A stretch of 64,000 bases of DNA from the NCBI RefSeq assembly GCF_963921235.1, contig NC_086097.1:98086001-98150000 (forward strand), in the 5' to 3' direction. This DNA is from Mobula hypostoma. Taxonomy: Eukaryota. The position numbers and the translations under genes are program-made. The notes under the pieces are model-generated. The model was not told the DNA's origin. It ran no database searches and saw only the letters and a list, made by a program, of their open reading frames with translations. Each line of letters begins with the position of its first letter. Position 1 is the stretch's first letter. Shown here piece after piece: positions 34,802 through 47,444 of this stretch.

Positions 34802-36754
34802 ATGTTACAGGTGTTTATGAAAAATAAAGTTACTTTAAAGCTCTGAGTGAGATACTTTATTGATATAATATTCTTCCAATCAGCGACGAAAATACAATTA
34901 ATATTTTGTTTTTACAACCAATGCTGATGGTGGATGAAACCCTGTTTGCAAAATACGTCAGGCACTGCATTTTAAACGAGTAATGAATCCTCTATGTCGT
35001 CCTACCATCAAAGAAGGATGCTTCGTTACATAAGCCATGATATTTTCCAGTGGAATTTTGTTTTTCAAAAATACTTCCACCTTTTGTACCTGTCTTCAAC
35101 TTTAAGGATAAAAGCATTTCCTCACTGCTGTAATCTCACGTGAAAAAGTATCAATATTGAATATACATGTAAAAATAAAACTAGCTTTTTCGGCAGGTTC
35201 TCAGATAGTGTCACAGAGTCTGAGCAAAGTACAGCACCGAAACAGGCCCTTCAGCCCATCAAGTCCATGCCAAACTATTTAAGCTGCCTTCTCCCATCGA
35301 TCAGAGAAGATTCATGAGGATGATTCCAGGAATGAAAGGGTTACCGTATGAGGAACGTCTGGCAGCTCTTGGGCTGTATTCCCCGGAGTTCAGGAGAATG
35401 AGGGGGGGATCTCACTGAAACATTCCAAATGTTAAAAGGCCAGAACAGATTAGATATGGCAAAGTTATTTCCCATGGTAGGGGAGTCTAGAAAAACAGGG
35501 CACGACTTCAAGATTGAAGGAACAGAGATGTGGAGAAATTACTTTTGTCAAAGGGTGGTATGTCTGTGGAATTTGTTGCCACAAGTGGCTGTGGAGGCCA
35601 AGCCACTGGATGCATTTAAGGCCCTTGCTAAGGACAGAACGTTCTGCCTCAGAGGGGGAAGGTCAGAGGGGATGGTGAGGACACGGCAAGGGTTGGGGCT
35701 GGGGTCAGAGGAGGGTAAAGATTGGGAGGTCTCAGGAGGCAGAGTGGGGTTGGGATGTTCAGGGAGAGCAGGGTTAGGGGAGAATGAGAGATCAGAGGAA
35801 TGGAGGGGGATGAGGGGTAGAAGGAAGGTTGGGAGTCATGGGGAGGATAGAAGGTAGTGGAGGAATAAGACCAGCGGCAGGAACCAGCGGCAGTAAGAGC
35901 AGTCCCGGTCTGGAGAGGGTCAGGACCTCGGTCTGAGCTGGATCTGGAGTTGTGGGTGGTGGAGCCTGTGGCCCGCAGGGCACCTGAACTGAGGTCTGAG
36001 CCAGAAGCGAGTGAGTCCATGGCCTGCCGGGGGCTGCTGCCCATGTCCCAGAGGCCGTGGTTCCAGTTGGGGTCAGAGTAAGAGGCAGATGGGTCTTCGG
36101 CCTGCCGAAGGTCTGAGAAGTCGGGGTCTGAGGAGTCGGGGTCCGGGCTGGAGCTGGTCGTCGTCGTGGGCTCCAGACGGGCGAGCTTGTGGTCCTTCTT
36201 GGACAGGAGGAAGGAGAAACGGTGGTTGGAGGTGTGAATCCGGCGGAGAATGAGGTGTAGGAGACGTCCATGGCAGACGGTGGAGAGTGAGGCCCGGAGT
36301 GGTGGTAGAGAGAGGGACAGGGCCTGTAGTTATTTCCGCATGGCAGTGAGCATGGCGTGGAGAATCCGGCGGGAGCAGCGGTCAATTAAACAAAGGTATC
36401 TTGGAGCGTCACTGGGCCCGAACTGGGAGGCCTGGAACCAGAGCTGGAATCCCTGCGGTACAAGATGGCAGTGGAGACACGTTCCCAGGAAGGAGACGTG
36501 GCTGTGGTAACGGATCTGGGTCAGGATGTGGTCGAAGAGTCGGAGAGAGGCGGAGATCACAGAGTGAGAGAGAGTCTCACTGAACTCCCATTGGAGAAAA
36601 CATTTAAACTTCTTCAGGTTAGGCAGACCTCGAAGAAACTTCACAGTGGAGTAGCAAATCAACACATAAAATTCTCTGCAGATGCTGGGGTCAAAGCAAC
36701 ACGCACAACACGCTGGAGAAACTCAGCAGGTCAGGCAGCATCCGTGGAAACGAA

Positions 36755-36792
36755 CAGACAACGTTTCGGGCCGAGACCCTTCGTCAGGTCTG
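36755..36792 (-). ncRNA. Minimal hammerhead ribozyme (intact core)
   Basis: Identical to the motif at 21962-21999. Confidence 0.8.
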
Positions 36793-38650
36793 AAGAGGGA
36801 GGGGGCAGGAGCCCTATAAAGAAGGTGGGGGGAGGGTGGGAAGGAGAAGGCTGGTAGGTGCCAGGTGAAAAACCAATAAGGGGAAAGATCAAGGGGTGGG
36901 GTAGGGGAAGCAGGGAGGGGATAGGCAGGAAAGGCAGAGAAGGAAATCAAACCATTGTCTCCCATACCATCACCACCACCCTTATCAACTCCGGAGACCA
37001 TCCATCGTCAGCCACAAAACTCATGATTCCCACACCCCGCACTGTTTGGTTTTACCTCCTCCCCAAGATCCACAAGCCTGACTGTCCCGGTAGCCCATAG
37101 TTTCAGCTACTTTTTCACTACGGATGTCCAATCCTTATACACTTCCATTTCCTATCAAGAAGGCCTCAAAGCCCTCTGTTACTTTCTGGACAATAGATCT
37201 CCCAGTTCCCCACTACCACTACCCTCCTCCGGTTGGCGGAACTGGTACTCACACTTAATAACTTCTCTTTACTTTCTTCAGACCAAGGGTGTAGCTTTGG
37301 GAACTCGCGTGGGCCTCAGCTATGCCTGCCTCTTCATTGGTTACGTGGAACAGACTATGCTCTAAACTTATACTGGTACTGCTCCCCAACTTTTCCTTCA
37401 CTACATTGACGACTACATTGGTGCTGCTTCCTGCACCCATGCTGAGCTCGGCAATTTCATCAATTTTGCTTCAAACTTTCACCCAGCCCTCAAATTCACT
37501 TGGTCCATCTCGGACACTTCTCTCCCCTTTCTCGATCTCTCGGTCTCCATCTCTGGAGACTGATTGTCCACTGACATCTTCTACAAGCCCACTGACTCTC
37601 ATAACTACCTCGACTATACCGCTTCCCACCCTGCCACATGCAAAAATGCCATTCCCTATTCCCAGTTCCTCCATCTCCGCCACATCTGCTCCCAGGATGA
37701 GGGGTTCCATTCCAGGACATCTCAAATGTCCTCTTTCTTTAAGGATCATGGTTTCCCTTCTGCTGTCATCAATGATGCCCTCACCCGCATCTCCTCTATT
37801 TCCCGCACTTCGGCCCTCACCCCATCCTCCCGTCACCACAACAGGGACAGAGTTCCCCTTGTCCTCACCTACCACCCCACCAGCCTCCGGATCCAGCACA
37901 TTATCCTCTGCAACTTCCGCCATCTTCAACAGGACCCCACCACTAAGCACATCTTTCCCTCTCTACTTCTCTCCGCTTTCTGCAGAGATCATTCCCTCCG
38001 CGACTCCCTGGTCCACACATCCCTCCCCACGGATCTCCCACCCGGCACTTACCCCTGCAATCCTAAGTGCTACACCTGATCCTACACCTCCTCTCTCATC
38101 AGCATTTAGGGCCCCAAACAGACCTTCCAGGTGAGGCAACACTTCACTTGTGAGTCTGTTGGGGTCATCTATTGCATCCGGTGCTCACGGTGCGGCCTCC
38201 TCTACATCAGTGAGACCCGACGCAGATTGGGGGACCGCTTTGTCGAGCACCGCCACTCCGTCCGCCACAACAGACAGGATCTCCCGGTTGCCACCCACTT
38301 CAACTCTGTTTCCCATTCGGATATGTCCATACATGGCCTCCTCTACTGCCATGATGAGACCAAACTCAGGTTGGAGGAGCAACACCTCATATACTGTCTG
38401 GGTAGTTTCCAGTCCCTTGGCATGAACATTGTTTCACTCTGCCCCCTCCCCCAGCTGCCTATCACCTCCCTCATGGTTCCGCCTCCTTTTACGACCCATT
38501 GTGCTTTTCCTTGTTCCTTTTTCACCTCTCCTGCCTATCCCCTCCCCCACCCCTTGATCCCCCTTACTGGTTTTTCACCTGGAACCTACCAGCCTTCTCC
38601 TTCCCACCCTCCCCCCACCTTCTTTATAGGGCCCCTGCCCCCTCCCTCTT

Positions 38651-38688
38651 CAGTCCTGACGAAGGGTTCCGGCCCGAAACGTTGACTG
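38651..38688 (+). ncRNA. Minimal hammerhead ribozyme (intact core)
   Basis: cagtc CTGACGA a gggt-tccg-gccc GAAA cgtt gactg; stem I cagtc/gactg co-varies with cagac/gtctg in other copies. Confidence 0.8.
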
Positions 38689-38769
38689 TTCGTTTCCACG
38701 GACGGTGCCCAACCTCCAGTGTGTTGTGAGTGTTGCTTTGACCCCAGCATCTGCAGAGTATTTTGTGTT

Positions 38770-39090
38770 TACAAGAAACTATCAACCTCTGCAATAATAT
38801 ATCCAATGGCTTGGATTATACAGATACACCACCCTCTGGCTAAAGAAATTCCTCCTCATCTCTGTTCTCAAGGGATTCTGAGGCTGTGCCTTCTGGTCCC
38901 AGACTCCCCAACTATAGGAATCATCCTCTCCACATCCACTCTATCTGGACCTTCCAATTTTCGACAGGTTTCAATGAGATCCTCCATCATTCTTCTAAAC
39001 TGCAGTGACTCCAGAGCCATCAAACGCTTCCCATATGTTAACCCTTTCATTCCTGGAATCATTCCCATGAACCTCCTCTGGGCCCTCTGA
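38770..39090 (-). mobile_element. CR1 fragment
   Basis: MIPGMKGLTYGKRL...DLIETC...GESGTRRHSLRI. Confidence 0.75.
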
Positions 39091-40218
39091 AAGGCCTTTG
39101 AGCATTTTAAATGTCACTGATTATCTGAAAATTGCTTCAGCGGATTTAGATTATTAAATTATTTTAATTTTGTTTAAGCATACCTCACAACATATTTAAG
39201 TGCTTGAAATTAAATAAAACAAAGAAAGATAAACAATCTACTGCCCGCATGTTTTCAGTTAAGATCAGTGACCACATTCGAATGAATGGGATCACAATAC
39301 ATACACCAGCTGTTGCTGGGGTAAGCTTGAGGGACCAGACACAAAGTGCATCCAGACTTTCAATAGGTCCAATGTGGAAGGTCTGAGCTCAAGTTCATTC
39401 CCATCTGCTGTGTTGTCACACAGTTAGTCAATAATTCCCTTGGGAACTGTTGTCTGAAAGCTGGGTTGATTTCCAAGTCAGGATATTGGTGCTGGTATTT
39501 GTATTGGATTAATATTGTCACATGTACTGAGGTACAGTGAAAAGCTTGTCTTGCATACTGGTCATACGCATCAATTCATTACACAGTGCCTTGGGGTAGA
39601 ATAAGGCAAAACAATAATGTTAGGATGTTGGGCTGTAGTATGATGGACTTCACTGTGCAGTTTGAGAAGGAGAAGCTAAAGTCAGATGTTTCAGTATGAT
39701 AGTAGAGTAAGAGGAATTACAAAGGCATGAAAGGGGAGCTGGTCAAAGTTGACTGGAAGGGACACTGGCAGGAACAACACCAGAACAGCAACGGCTGCAG
39801 TTTCTGAGAGCAATTCGAAAGGATAGATGGATCCCAAAGATGAAGAAGTATTTTAAAGGGAGGATGAGACAACTGTCACTGACAAGGGAAGTCAAACACA
39901 GCATAAAGACAAAAGAGAGAGTGCACACTATTTAGCAAAATTAGAGGGAAGTTAGAGGATTGGGAAGCTTAAAAGCCAACAGATGCCAACTGAAAAAGCA
40001 ATAAAGAGAGAAAAGATGAAATATCAATGTAAGCTAAACAATAATGTAAAAAAAGGATACAAAAAGTTTTTTCAGATATGTGAAGAGTAAAAGAGGCAGG
40101 AGTGGATATTGGACCACTGGAAAATTATGCTAGAGAAGTAATAATGGAGGACAAAGAAATGGCAGATGAACTGAATAATTATTTTACATCAGTTTTCACT
40201 GTGGAAGACACAAGCAGT

Positions 40219-42069
40219 TTGTCTCAGCTTGCTCCTGCCCCACCGAACTCATTTCTGCATACCTCGACACTGTTTTATCCCCCCTTGTTCAATCCCTTCC
40301 TACCTATCTTCGTGACACTTCTCATGCTCTGAAACTTTTCGATGATTTTAAGTTACCTGGACCCCACCGCTTTATTTTCACCATGAATGTCCAGTCCCTA
40401 TATACTTCCATCCCCCATCAGGAAGGTCTCAAAGCTCTCCACTTCTTTTTGGATTATAGACCTAACCAGTTCCCCTCTACCACCACTTTGCTCCGTCTAG
40501 TGGAATTAGTCCTTACTCTTAATAATTTCTCCTTTGGCTCCTCCCATTTCCTCCAGACTAAAGGTGTAGCTATGGGCACCCGTATGGGTCCCAGCTATGC
40601 CTGCCTTTTTGTTGGCTTTGTGGAACAATCTATGTTCCATGCCTATTCTGGTATCTGTCCCCCACTTTTCCTTCGCTACATCGACGACTGCATTGGCGCT
40701 GCTTCCTGCACGCATGCAGAGCTCGTTGACTTTATAAACTTTGCCTCCAACTTTCACCCTGCCCTCAAGTTTACCTGGTCCATTTCCGACACCTCCCTCC
40801 CCTCTCTAGATCTTTCTGTCTCTATCTCCGGAGACAGCTTATCTACAGATGTCTACTATAAGCCTACTGACTCTCACAGCTATCTGGACTATTCCTCTTC
40901 TTACCCTGTCTCTTGCAAAAATGCCATCCCCTTCTCGCAATTCCTCCGTCTCCGCCACATCTGCTCTCAGGATGAGGCTTTTCATTCCAGGACAAAGGAG
41001 ATGTCCTCCTTTTGTAAAGAAAGGGGCTTCCCTTCCTCCACTATCAACTCTGCTCTCAAACACACCTCTCCCATTTCACGCACATCTACTCTCACTCCAT
41101 CCTCCCGCTGCCCCGCTAGGAATAGGGTTCTCCTTGTCCTCACCTACCACCCCACCAGTCTCCGGGACCAACATATAATTCTCCGTAACTTCTGCCACCT
41201 CCAGTGGGATCCCACCAATAAGCACATCTTTCCCTCGCCCACCCCCCCCCCGCTTTCCGCAGGGATCCCCTTCTCCCTTCTCCATTCGTGCCCCCCATCC
41301 CTCCCCACCGATCTCCCACCCGGCACTTATCCTTGTAAGCCGAACAAGTGCTACACATGCCCTTACACTTCCTCCCTCACTGCCATTCAGGGCCCCAGAC
41401 AGTCCTTCCAGGTGAGGCGACACTTCACCTGTGAGTCGGCTGGGGCGATATACTGCGTCCGGTGCTCTCAATGCGGCCTTCTATATATTGGCGAGACCCA
41501 ACGCAGACTGGGAGACCGTTTTGCTGAACACCTATGCTCTGTCCGCCAGAGAAAGCAGGATCTCCCAGTGGCCACACATTTTAATTCCACATCCCATTCC
41601 CGTTCTGAAATGTCTATCCACGGCCTCCTCTACTGTAAAGATGAAGCCACACTCAGGTTGGAGGAACAACACCTTATATTCCGTCTGAGTAGCCTCCAAC
41701 CTGCTGGCATGAACACTGACTTCTCTAATTTCCGTTAATGCCCCACCTCTCCCTCGTACCCCATCCGTTATTTATTTATTATATCTATGTATCTATATAT
41801 ATATATTCTCTCTCTCTCCTTTTTCTCCCTCTGTCCCTCTCACTATACTCCTTGCCCATCCTTTGGGCTTCCCCCCTCCCCCTTTCTTTCTCCCTGGGCT
41901 TCCTGTCCCATGATCCTCTCATATCCCTTTTGCCAATCACCTGTCCAGCTCCTGGCTCCATCCCTCCCCCTCCTGTTTTCTCCCATCATTTTCGATCTCC
42001 CCCTTTCCCTCCCACTTTCAAATCTCTTACTAGCTCGTCTTTCAGTTAGTCCTGACGAAGGCTCTCGGC
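40219..42069 (+). mobile_element. Penelope-like element D, 5'-truncated; its 3' tail resumes at 44901-44972
   Basis: ORF 40383-41738 (451 aa): RT (GVAMGTRMGPSYA, RYIDD), Cys linker CKPNKCYTC, GIY-YIG (AIYCVRCSQCGLLYIGET). Confidence 0.92.
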
Positions 42070-44900
42070 ACGGCGGATGAGTTGAGGGCGTGGATTGACA
42101 TGTGGAATTATGATGTTGTAGCAATTAGTGAAACTTGGCTACAAGAGAGGCAGGACTGGCAGCTTAATATTTCAGGGTTCCGATGTTTCAGATGTGATCG
42201 AGGCAGAGGAATGAAAGGTGGGGGAGTAGCATTGCTTGTTAGGGAAAATATTACAGCAGTGCTCAGGCAGGACAGATTAGAGGGCTTGTCTACTGAGTCC
42301 TTATGGGTGGAGCTGAGAAACAGGAAAGGTATGGCCACATTAGTGGGATTGTATTACAGACCACCCAATAGTCAACGAGACTTGGAAGAGCAAATCTGCA
42401 GAGAGATAGCAGGCAACTGCAGGAAACATAAAGTTGTGGTGGTAGGGGATCTTAATATTCCATACATTGATTGGGACTTTCATACTGTTAAGGGTCTAGA
42501 TGGTTTAGAGTTTGTAAAATGTGTTCAGGAAAGTTTTCTAAATCAATATATAGAGGGACCAACTAGAGGGGATGCAATATTGGATCTCCTGTTAGGAAAC
42601 AAATTAGGGCAAGTGACAGAAGTCTGTGTCGGGGAGCACTTTGGTTCCAGTGATCATAACACCATTAGTTTCAATTTGATCATGGACAAGGATAGATCTG
42701 GTCCTAGGGTTGAGGTTCTGAACTGGAAGAAGGCCAAATTTGAAGAAATGAGAAAGGATCTAAAAAGCGTGGATTGGGACAGGTTGTTCTCTGGCAAAGA
42801 TGTGATTGGTAGGTGGGAAGCCTTCAAAGGGGAAATTTTGAGAATGCAGAGTTTGTATGTTCCTGTCAGGATTAAAGGCAAATTGAATAGGAATAAGGAA
42901 CCTTGGTTCGCAAGGGATATTGCAACTCTGATAAAGAAGAAGAGGGAGTTGTATGAAATGTATAGGAAACAGGGGGTAAATCAGGTGCTTGAGGAGTATA
43001 AGAAGTGCAAGAAAATACTTAAGAAAGAAATCAGGAGGGCTAAAAGAAGACATGAGGTTGCCTTGGCAGTCAGCTGAAGGATAATCCAAAGAGCTTTTAC
43101 AAGTATATTAAGAGCAAAAGGATTGTAAGGGATAAAATTGGTCCTCTTGAAGATCAGAGTGGTCGGTTTTGTGCAGAACCAAAGGAAATGGGGGAGATCT
43201 TAAATAGGTTTTTTGCGTCTGTATTTACTAAGGAAGCTGGCATGAAATCTATGGAATAGAGGGAATCAAGTAGTGAGACCATGGAAATTGAAAAGGAGGA
43301 GGTGCTTGCTGTCTTGAGGAAAATTAAAGTGGATAAATCCCCGGGACCTGACAGAGTGTTCCCTCGGACCCAGAAGGAGACTAGTGTTGAAATTGCGGGG
43401 GCCCTGGCAGAAATATTTAAAATGTCGCTGTCTACGGGTGAAGTGCCGGAGGATTGGAGAGTGGCTCATGTTGTTCCATTGTTTAAAGAAGGATCGAAAA
43501 GTAATCCGGGAAATTATAGGCCGGTGAGTTTAACGTCAGTAGTAGGTAAGTTATTGGAGGGAGTACTAAGAGACAGAATCTACAAGCATTTGGATAGACA
43601 GGGGCTTATTAGGGAGAGTCAACATCGCTTTGTGCGTGGTAGGTCATGTTTGACCAATCTGTTGGAGTTTTTCGAGGAGGTTACCAGAAAAGTGGATGAA
43701 GGGAAGGCAGTGGATATTGTCTACATAGACTTCAGTAAGGCCTTTGACAAGGTCCCGCATGGGAGGTTAGTTAGGAAAATTCAGTCGCTAGGTATACATG
43801 GAGAGGTGGTAAATTGGATTAGACATTGGCTCGATGGAAGAAGCCAGAGAGTGGTGGTAGAGAATTGCTTCTCTGAGTGGAGGCCTGTGACTAGTGGTGT
43901 GCCACAGGGATCAGTGCTGGGTCCATTGTTATTTGTCATCTATATCAATGATCTGGATGATAATGTGGTAAATTGGATCAGCAAGTTTGCTGATGATACA
44001 AAGATTGGAGGTGTAGTAGACAGTGAGGAAGGTTTTCAGAGCCTGCAGAGGGACTTGGACCAGCTGGAAAAATGGGCTGAAAAATGGCAGATGCAGTTTA
44101 ATACTGACAAGTATGAGGTATTGCACGTTGGAAGGACGAACCAACGTAGAACAAACAGGGTTAATGGTAAGGCACTGAGGAGTGCAGTGGAACAGAGGGA
44201 TCTGGGAATACAGATACAAAACTCCCTAAAAGTGGCGTCACAGGTAGATAGGGTCGTAAAGAGAGCTTTTGGTACATTGGCCTTTATTAATCGAAGTATT
44301 GAGTATAAGAGCTGGAACGTTATGATGAGGTTGTATAAGGCATTGGTGAGGCCGAATCTGGAGTATTGTGTTCAGTTTTGGTCACCAAATTACAGGAAGG
44401 ATATAAATAAGGTTGAAAGAGTGCAGAGAAGGTTTACAAGGATGTTGCCGGGACTTGAGAAACTCAGTTACAGAGAAGGGTTGAATAGGTTAGGACTTTA
44501 TTCCCTGGAGTGTAGAAGAATGAGGGGAGATTTGATAAAGGTATATAAAATTATGATGGGTATAGATAGAGTGAATGCAAGCAGGCTTTTTCCACTGAGG
44601 CAAGGGGAGAAAAAAAACAAGAGGACATGGGTCAAGGGTGAGGGGGGAAAAGTTTAAAGGGAACATTAGGGGGGGCTTCTTCACACAGAGAGTGGTGGGA
44701 TTATGGAATGAGCTGCCAGAAGAGGTGGTAAATGCAGGTTGTTTTTAACATTGAAGAATAAATTGGACAGATACATGGATGGGAGGTGTATGGAGGGATA
44801 TAGTCCGTGTGCAGGTCAGTGGGACTAGGCAGAAAATGGTTCGGCACAGCCAAGATGGGCCAAAGGGCCTGTTTCTGTGCTGTAGTTTCTATGGTTCTAT
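42070..44900 (+). mobile_element. CR1 LINE, near-complete ORF2 (APE endonuclease + RT)
   Basis: 42082-43077 (ISETWL, GGGVALLV, YRPP, GSSDH) and 43281-44657 (RT); tail ttctatggttctat. Confidence 0.95.
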
Positions 44901-45394
44901 AAAACGTCGACTGTACCTCTTCCTAGAGATGCTGCCTGGCCTGCTGCATTCACCAGCAACTTTGATGTGTGCTGTCTGACAAATCTGTTCGAATTCATTG
45001 AGAAAATAACAGATAGGATAGACAAAGGAGAGCCCATGGATGTAGCTTGCTTTGATTTTTCAGAAGGCCTTGACAAGATGTTGCACATGACGCTGTTAAA
45101 CAAGTTAAGAGCCTATGGTATTACAGGAAAGATAGTGGCTGACATACAGGGGGTAAAGAGTTGGAATAAAGAGAGCCTTTTCTGATTGGCTGGCATTGAT
45201 TAGTGGTGCTCCACAGGGGTCAATGTTCTGCCCGCTTTTCACATTATATATAATGATTTGGATGAGGGAACTGATGGCTTTGTGGTCAAGTTTGCAGATG
45301 ATACAAAAGTAGATGGGTACTGTTAAGGAAGAAGGGAATCTGCAGAAGTACTTAGACAGATTAGGAGAATGGGCAAAGAAGTAGCAGATGGAAT

Positions 45395-46255
45395 TGTTAC
45401 GTACCCCGTAACTGGGTTGCCAAACCAGCAGAAATGGATCACTCAGTTGGAGTCTGGAGTACTAAAACTAAGAAAGTTTTATTAAAGAAACAAGCAACAC
45501 AGTAATTGAAAGGATAATAAATGCAACAGTTCAGCGATGATAAACACACATGTGCACAGAATTAAGATAACAGCATCAATCAAGCTCTATCGTTGTCTAG
45601 GGATAAATGACCAAATTTCAAAGTGACTCAAAGTTCAGTCCAGTTTAGTAGTTCAGTTCGCAGTAATCGTTGCCATGGCGATGGACAACGTGGGGGGAGA
45701 GAGAGAGGGAACAGGAACAACTGATCATTCAGACATGGCTTCACTCACAGACCGACGATATGGCTCACAACAGCTTTTTGGGCAGGTCCTTGGTGATGTC
45801 ACCTGAGGGCACCGACTGTGACCCCTCCTCCAGATGCGGTCGATCCTCTGCAGTGAACCCGGCACCCAGGCAAGGGCGGACACACACCGGGTTCCCGCTG
45901 ATCGTACCTTTCCACCCTGGCCGTTGTCTGGTACTTCCCACCGACTCGTGAGAAGCGTACCGCTTCCAGGGTCTCGTTACCTCGGGTGGCGTGTGTGTTG
46001 CCTTAGCAAACCGGTCCCTTTTTATCCCCCTGCTGGGGTATCGCCTGTCCATCACTTCAAACAGTTCAAGGTTCAAAGGGGGGAGCCGCTCCAGACAGCT
46101 CTCTCTCCCCCGTCCCTTCATTACACATCTCCAGACGCTGCTCCATTGTTCCTTATCTCTCCTTCCCCAGAGGGCAGGTGGCAGGCCACTTGCTGATGTC
46201 ACTGATGCTAACCCAGGCCAGCAAACATCTTAATTTTATGTGCATTCTCGTCACA
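45395..46255 (-). mobile_element. Solo LTR (861 bp, probably Gypsy-type)
   Basis: TGTTAC...GTCACA termini, 4-bp TSD GAAT at 45391-45394 and 46256-46259; removal restores CR1 codons. Strand inferred only from a minus-strand AATAAA near 45480. Confidence 0.85.
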
Positions 46256-47444
46256 GAATATAATGTTGGGAAATGTATGATCATGCACTTTAGTGAAAGG
46301 AATAAAGGGATAAACTATTTTCTACGTGGAGAGAAAATTCAGAAATCAGAGGTGCAAAGGGACTTAGGAGACCTCATGCAAGATTCTGTAAATGTTAACT
46401 TGCAGGTTGAGTTGTTTGTTATGTCTCCCCTCTCGCAGTTTAGAAGAATGAGGAGGGATCCCATTGAAACCTATCAAACATTGGAAGGCCAAGATAGAGT
46501 AGATGTAGAGAGGTTATTTCTTATAGTAGGGGGAGTCTAGGACAAGTAGGCGCAGCCTCAGAGTAGAGAATGTCCATTTAAAACAGAGATGAGGAGGAAT
46601 TTCTTGAGCCAGAGAGTGGTGAATCTGCGGAATTTATTGACCCATTAACCCAGTTCTTAACATACCACAGGCTCTCTCTCCCCCAATAAGGGAAAAAGAG
46701 GTGTCTCTGTTTGACAACGAGAGGGGAGACTTAACAAACAACTCACTGATTTACGATGTTAAAAGTCTGTTGCGTCGCTTTTTCCAAACTCTGTGCCCAA
46801 AGATTTCAGGTCTCAGGGCACACAGCCAGAGATCTTCCGTCTCCCACAACACTCCGATTTCCTGCAGAGGCACCGACCTCCAGTCTGCCCGCCTCCAGAG
46901 CCACAAAATCCCAAAATTCCGAAGGCACGCTAATCTAGGCCACGTCCTTGACATACCAAATAGCGGCCAGTCGTGAGTCCCCGAGAGAGGGTCCCATTCC
47001 CACAAAGAACCGATGTCAGCGTGTAACTCCAGGTCAGGGTCTTCAAAAGAACCCTGAAAGGGAAAAATAGGGATATTAAAGGTAGGATTAGAGCTGTTTG
47101 TGAAGATGCAAGCAAAGGAGTTGCCGTTAGGCACCATTGGCTTCTGGTCTTGTGATCTTTGATGGCAGTGAGAGGGACAAGGGGAGGGGCTTAAGGACCA
47201 CTATCTGCGGCACGGTCACCCGCCATGCACTGCTCAACCTTTGCAGCATGGGTCGACTGCCAGAGTCCAAAAAATAAACACATCAGGGAATAATGAGAGG
47301 TGCAAGTTCTGGCTGTGTGTGGACCAAACACTGCTGCTCTTTCATTACTGTTGAGTCTACATCTATCACCAGCACCTTGTCAATGGCCACAAACAACACA
47401 CGAGAAATGCTGGTTCAATGTGGCAATTAAATTTTCAATCTCTC

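Larger units (their letters stand above)
22476..37130 (+). repeat. Tandem segmental duplication, unit 2
   Basis: Partner of unit 1; after ~37130 the sequence follows an independent PLE copy. Confidence 0.93.
35619..38770. mobile_element. Penelope-like element C (head-to-head arms)
   Basis: Minus arm with N-terminal ORF (36330-36665) and pseudo-LTR; plus arm with RT remnants and GIY-YIG (VIYCIRCSRCGLLYISET), ending in a pseudo-LTR. Confidence 0.88.
39690..46640 (+). mobile_element. Old CR1 broken into pieces (~39690-40218, ~44975-45394, ~46256-46640) by nested insertions
   Basis: Co-linear ORF2 motifs: EMADELNNYFTSVFT, LTNLFEF, GAPQGS, FADD, QME|YNVGKC, VQRDLG. Confidence 0.7.

Noticed and set aside
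46645..47140. Second LTR or leader fragment
   Set aside because: No termini, TSD or coding motif identified.
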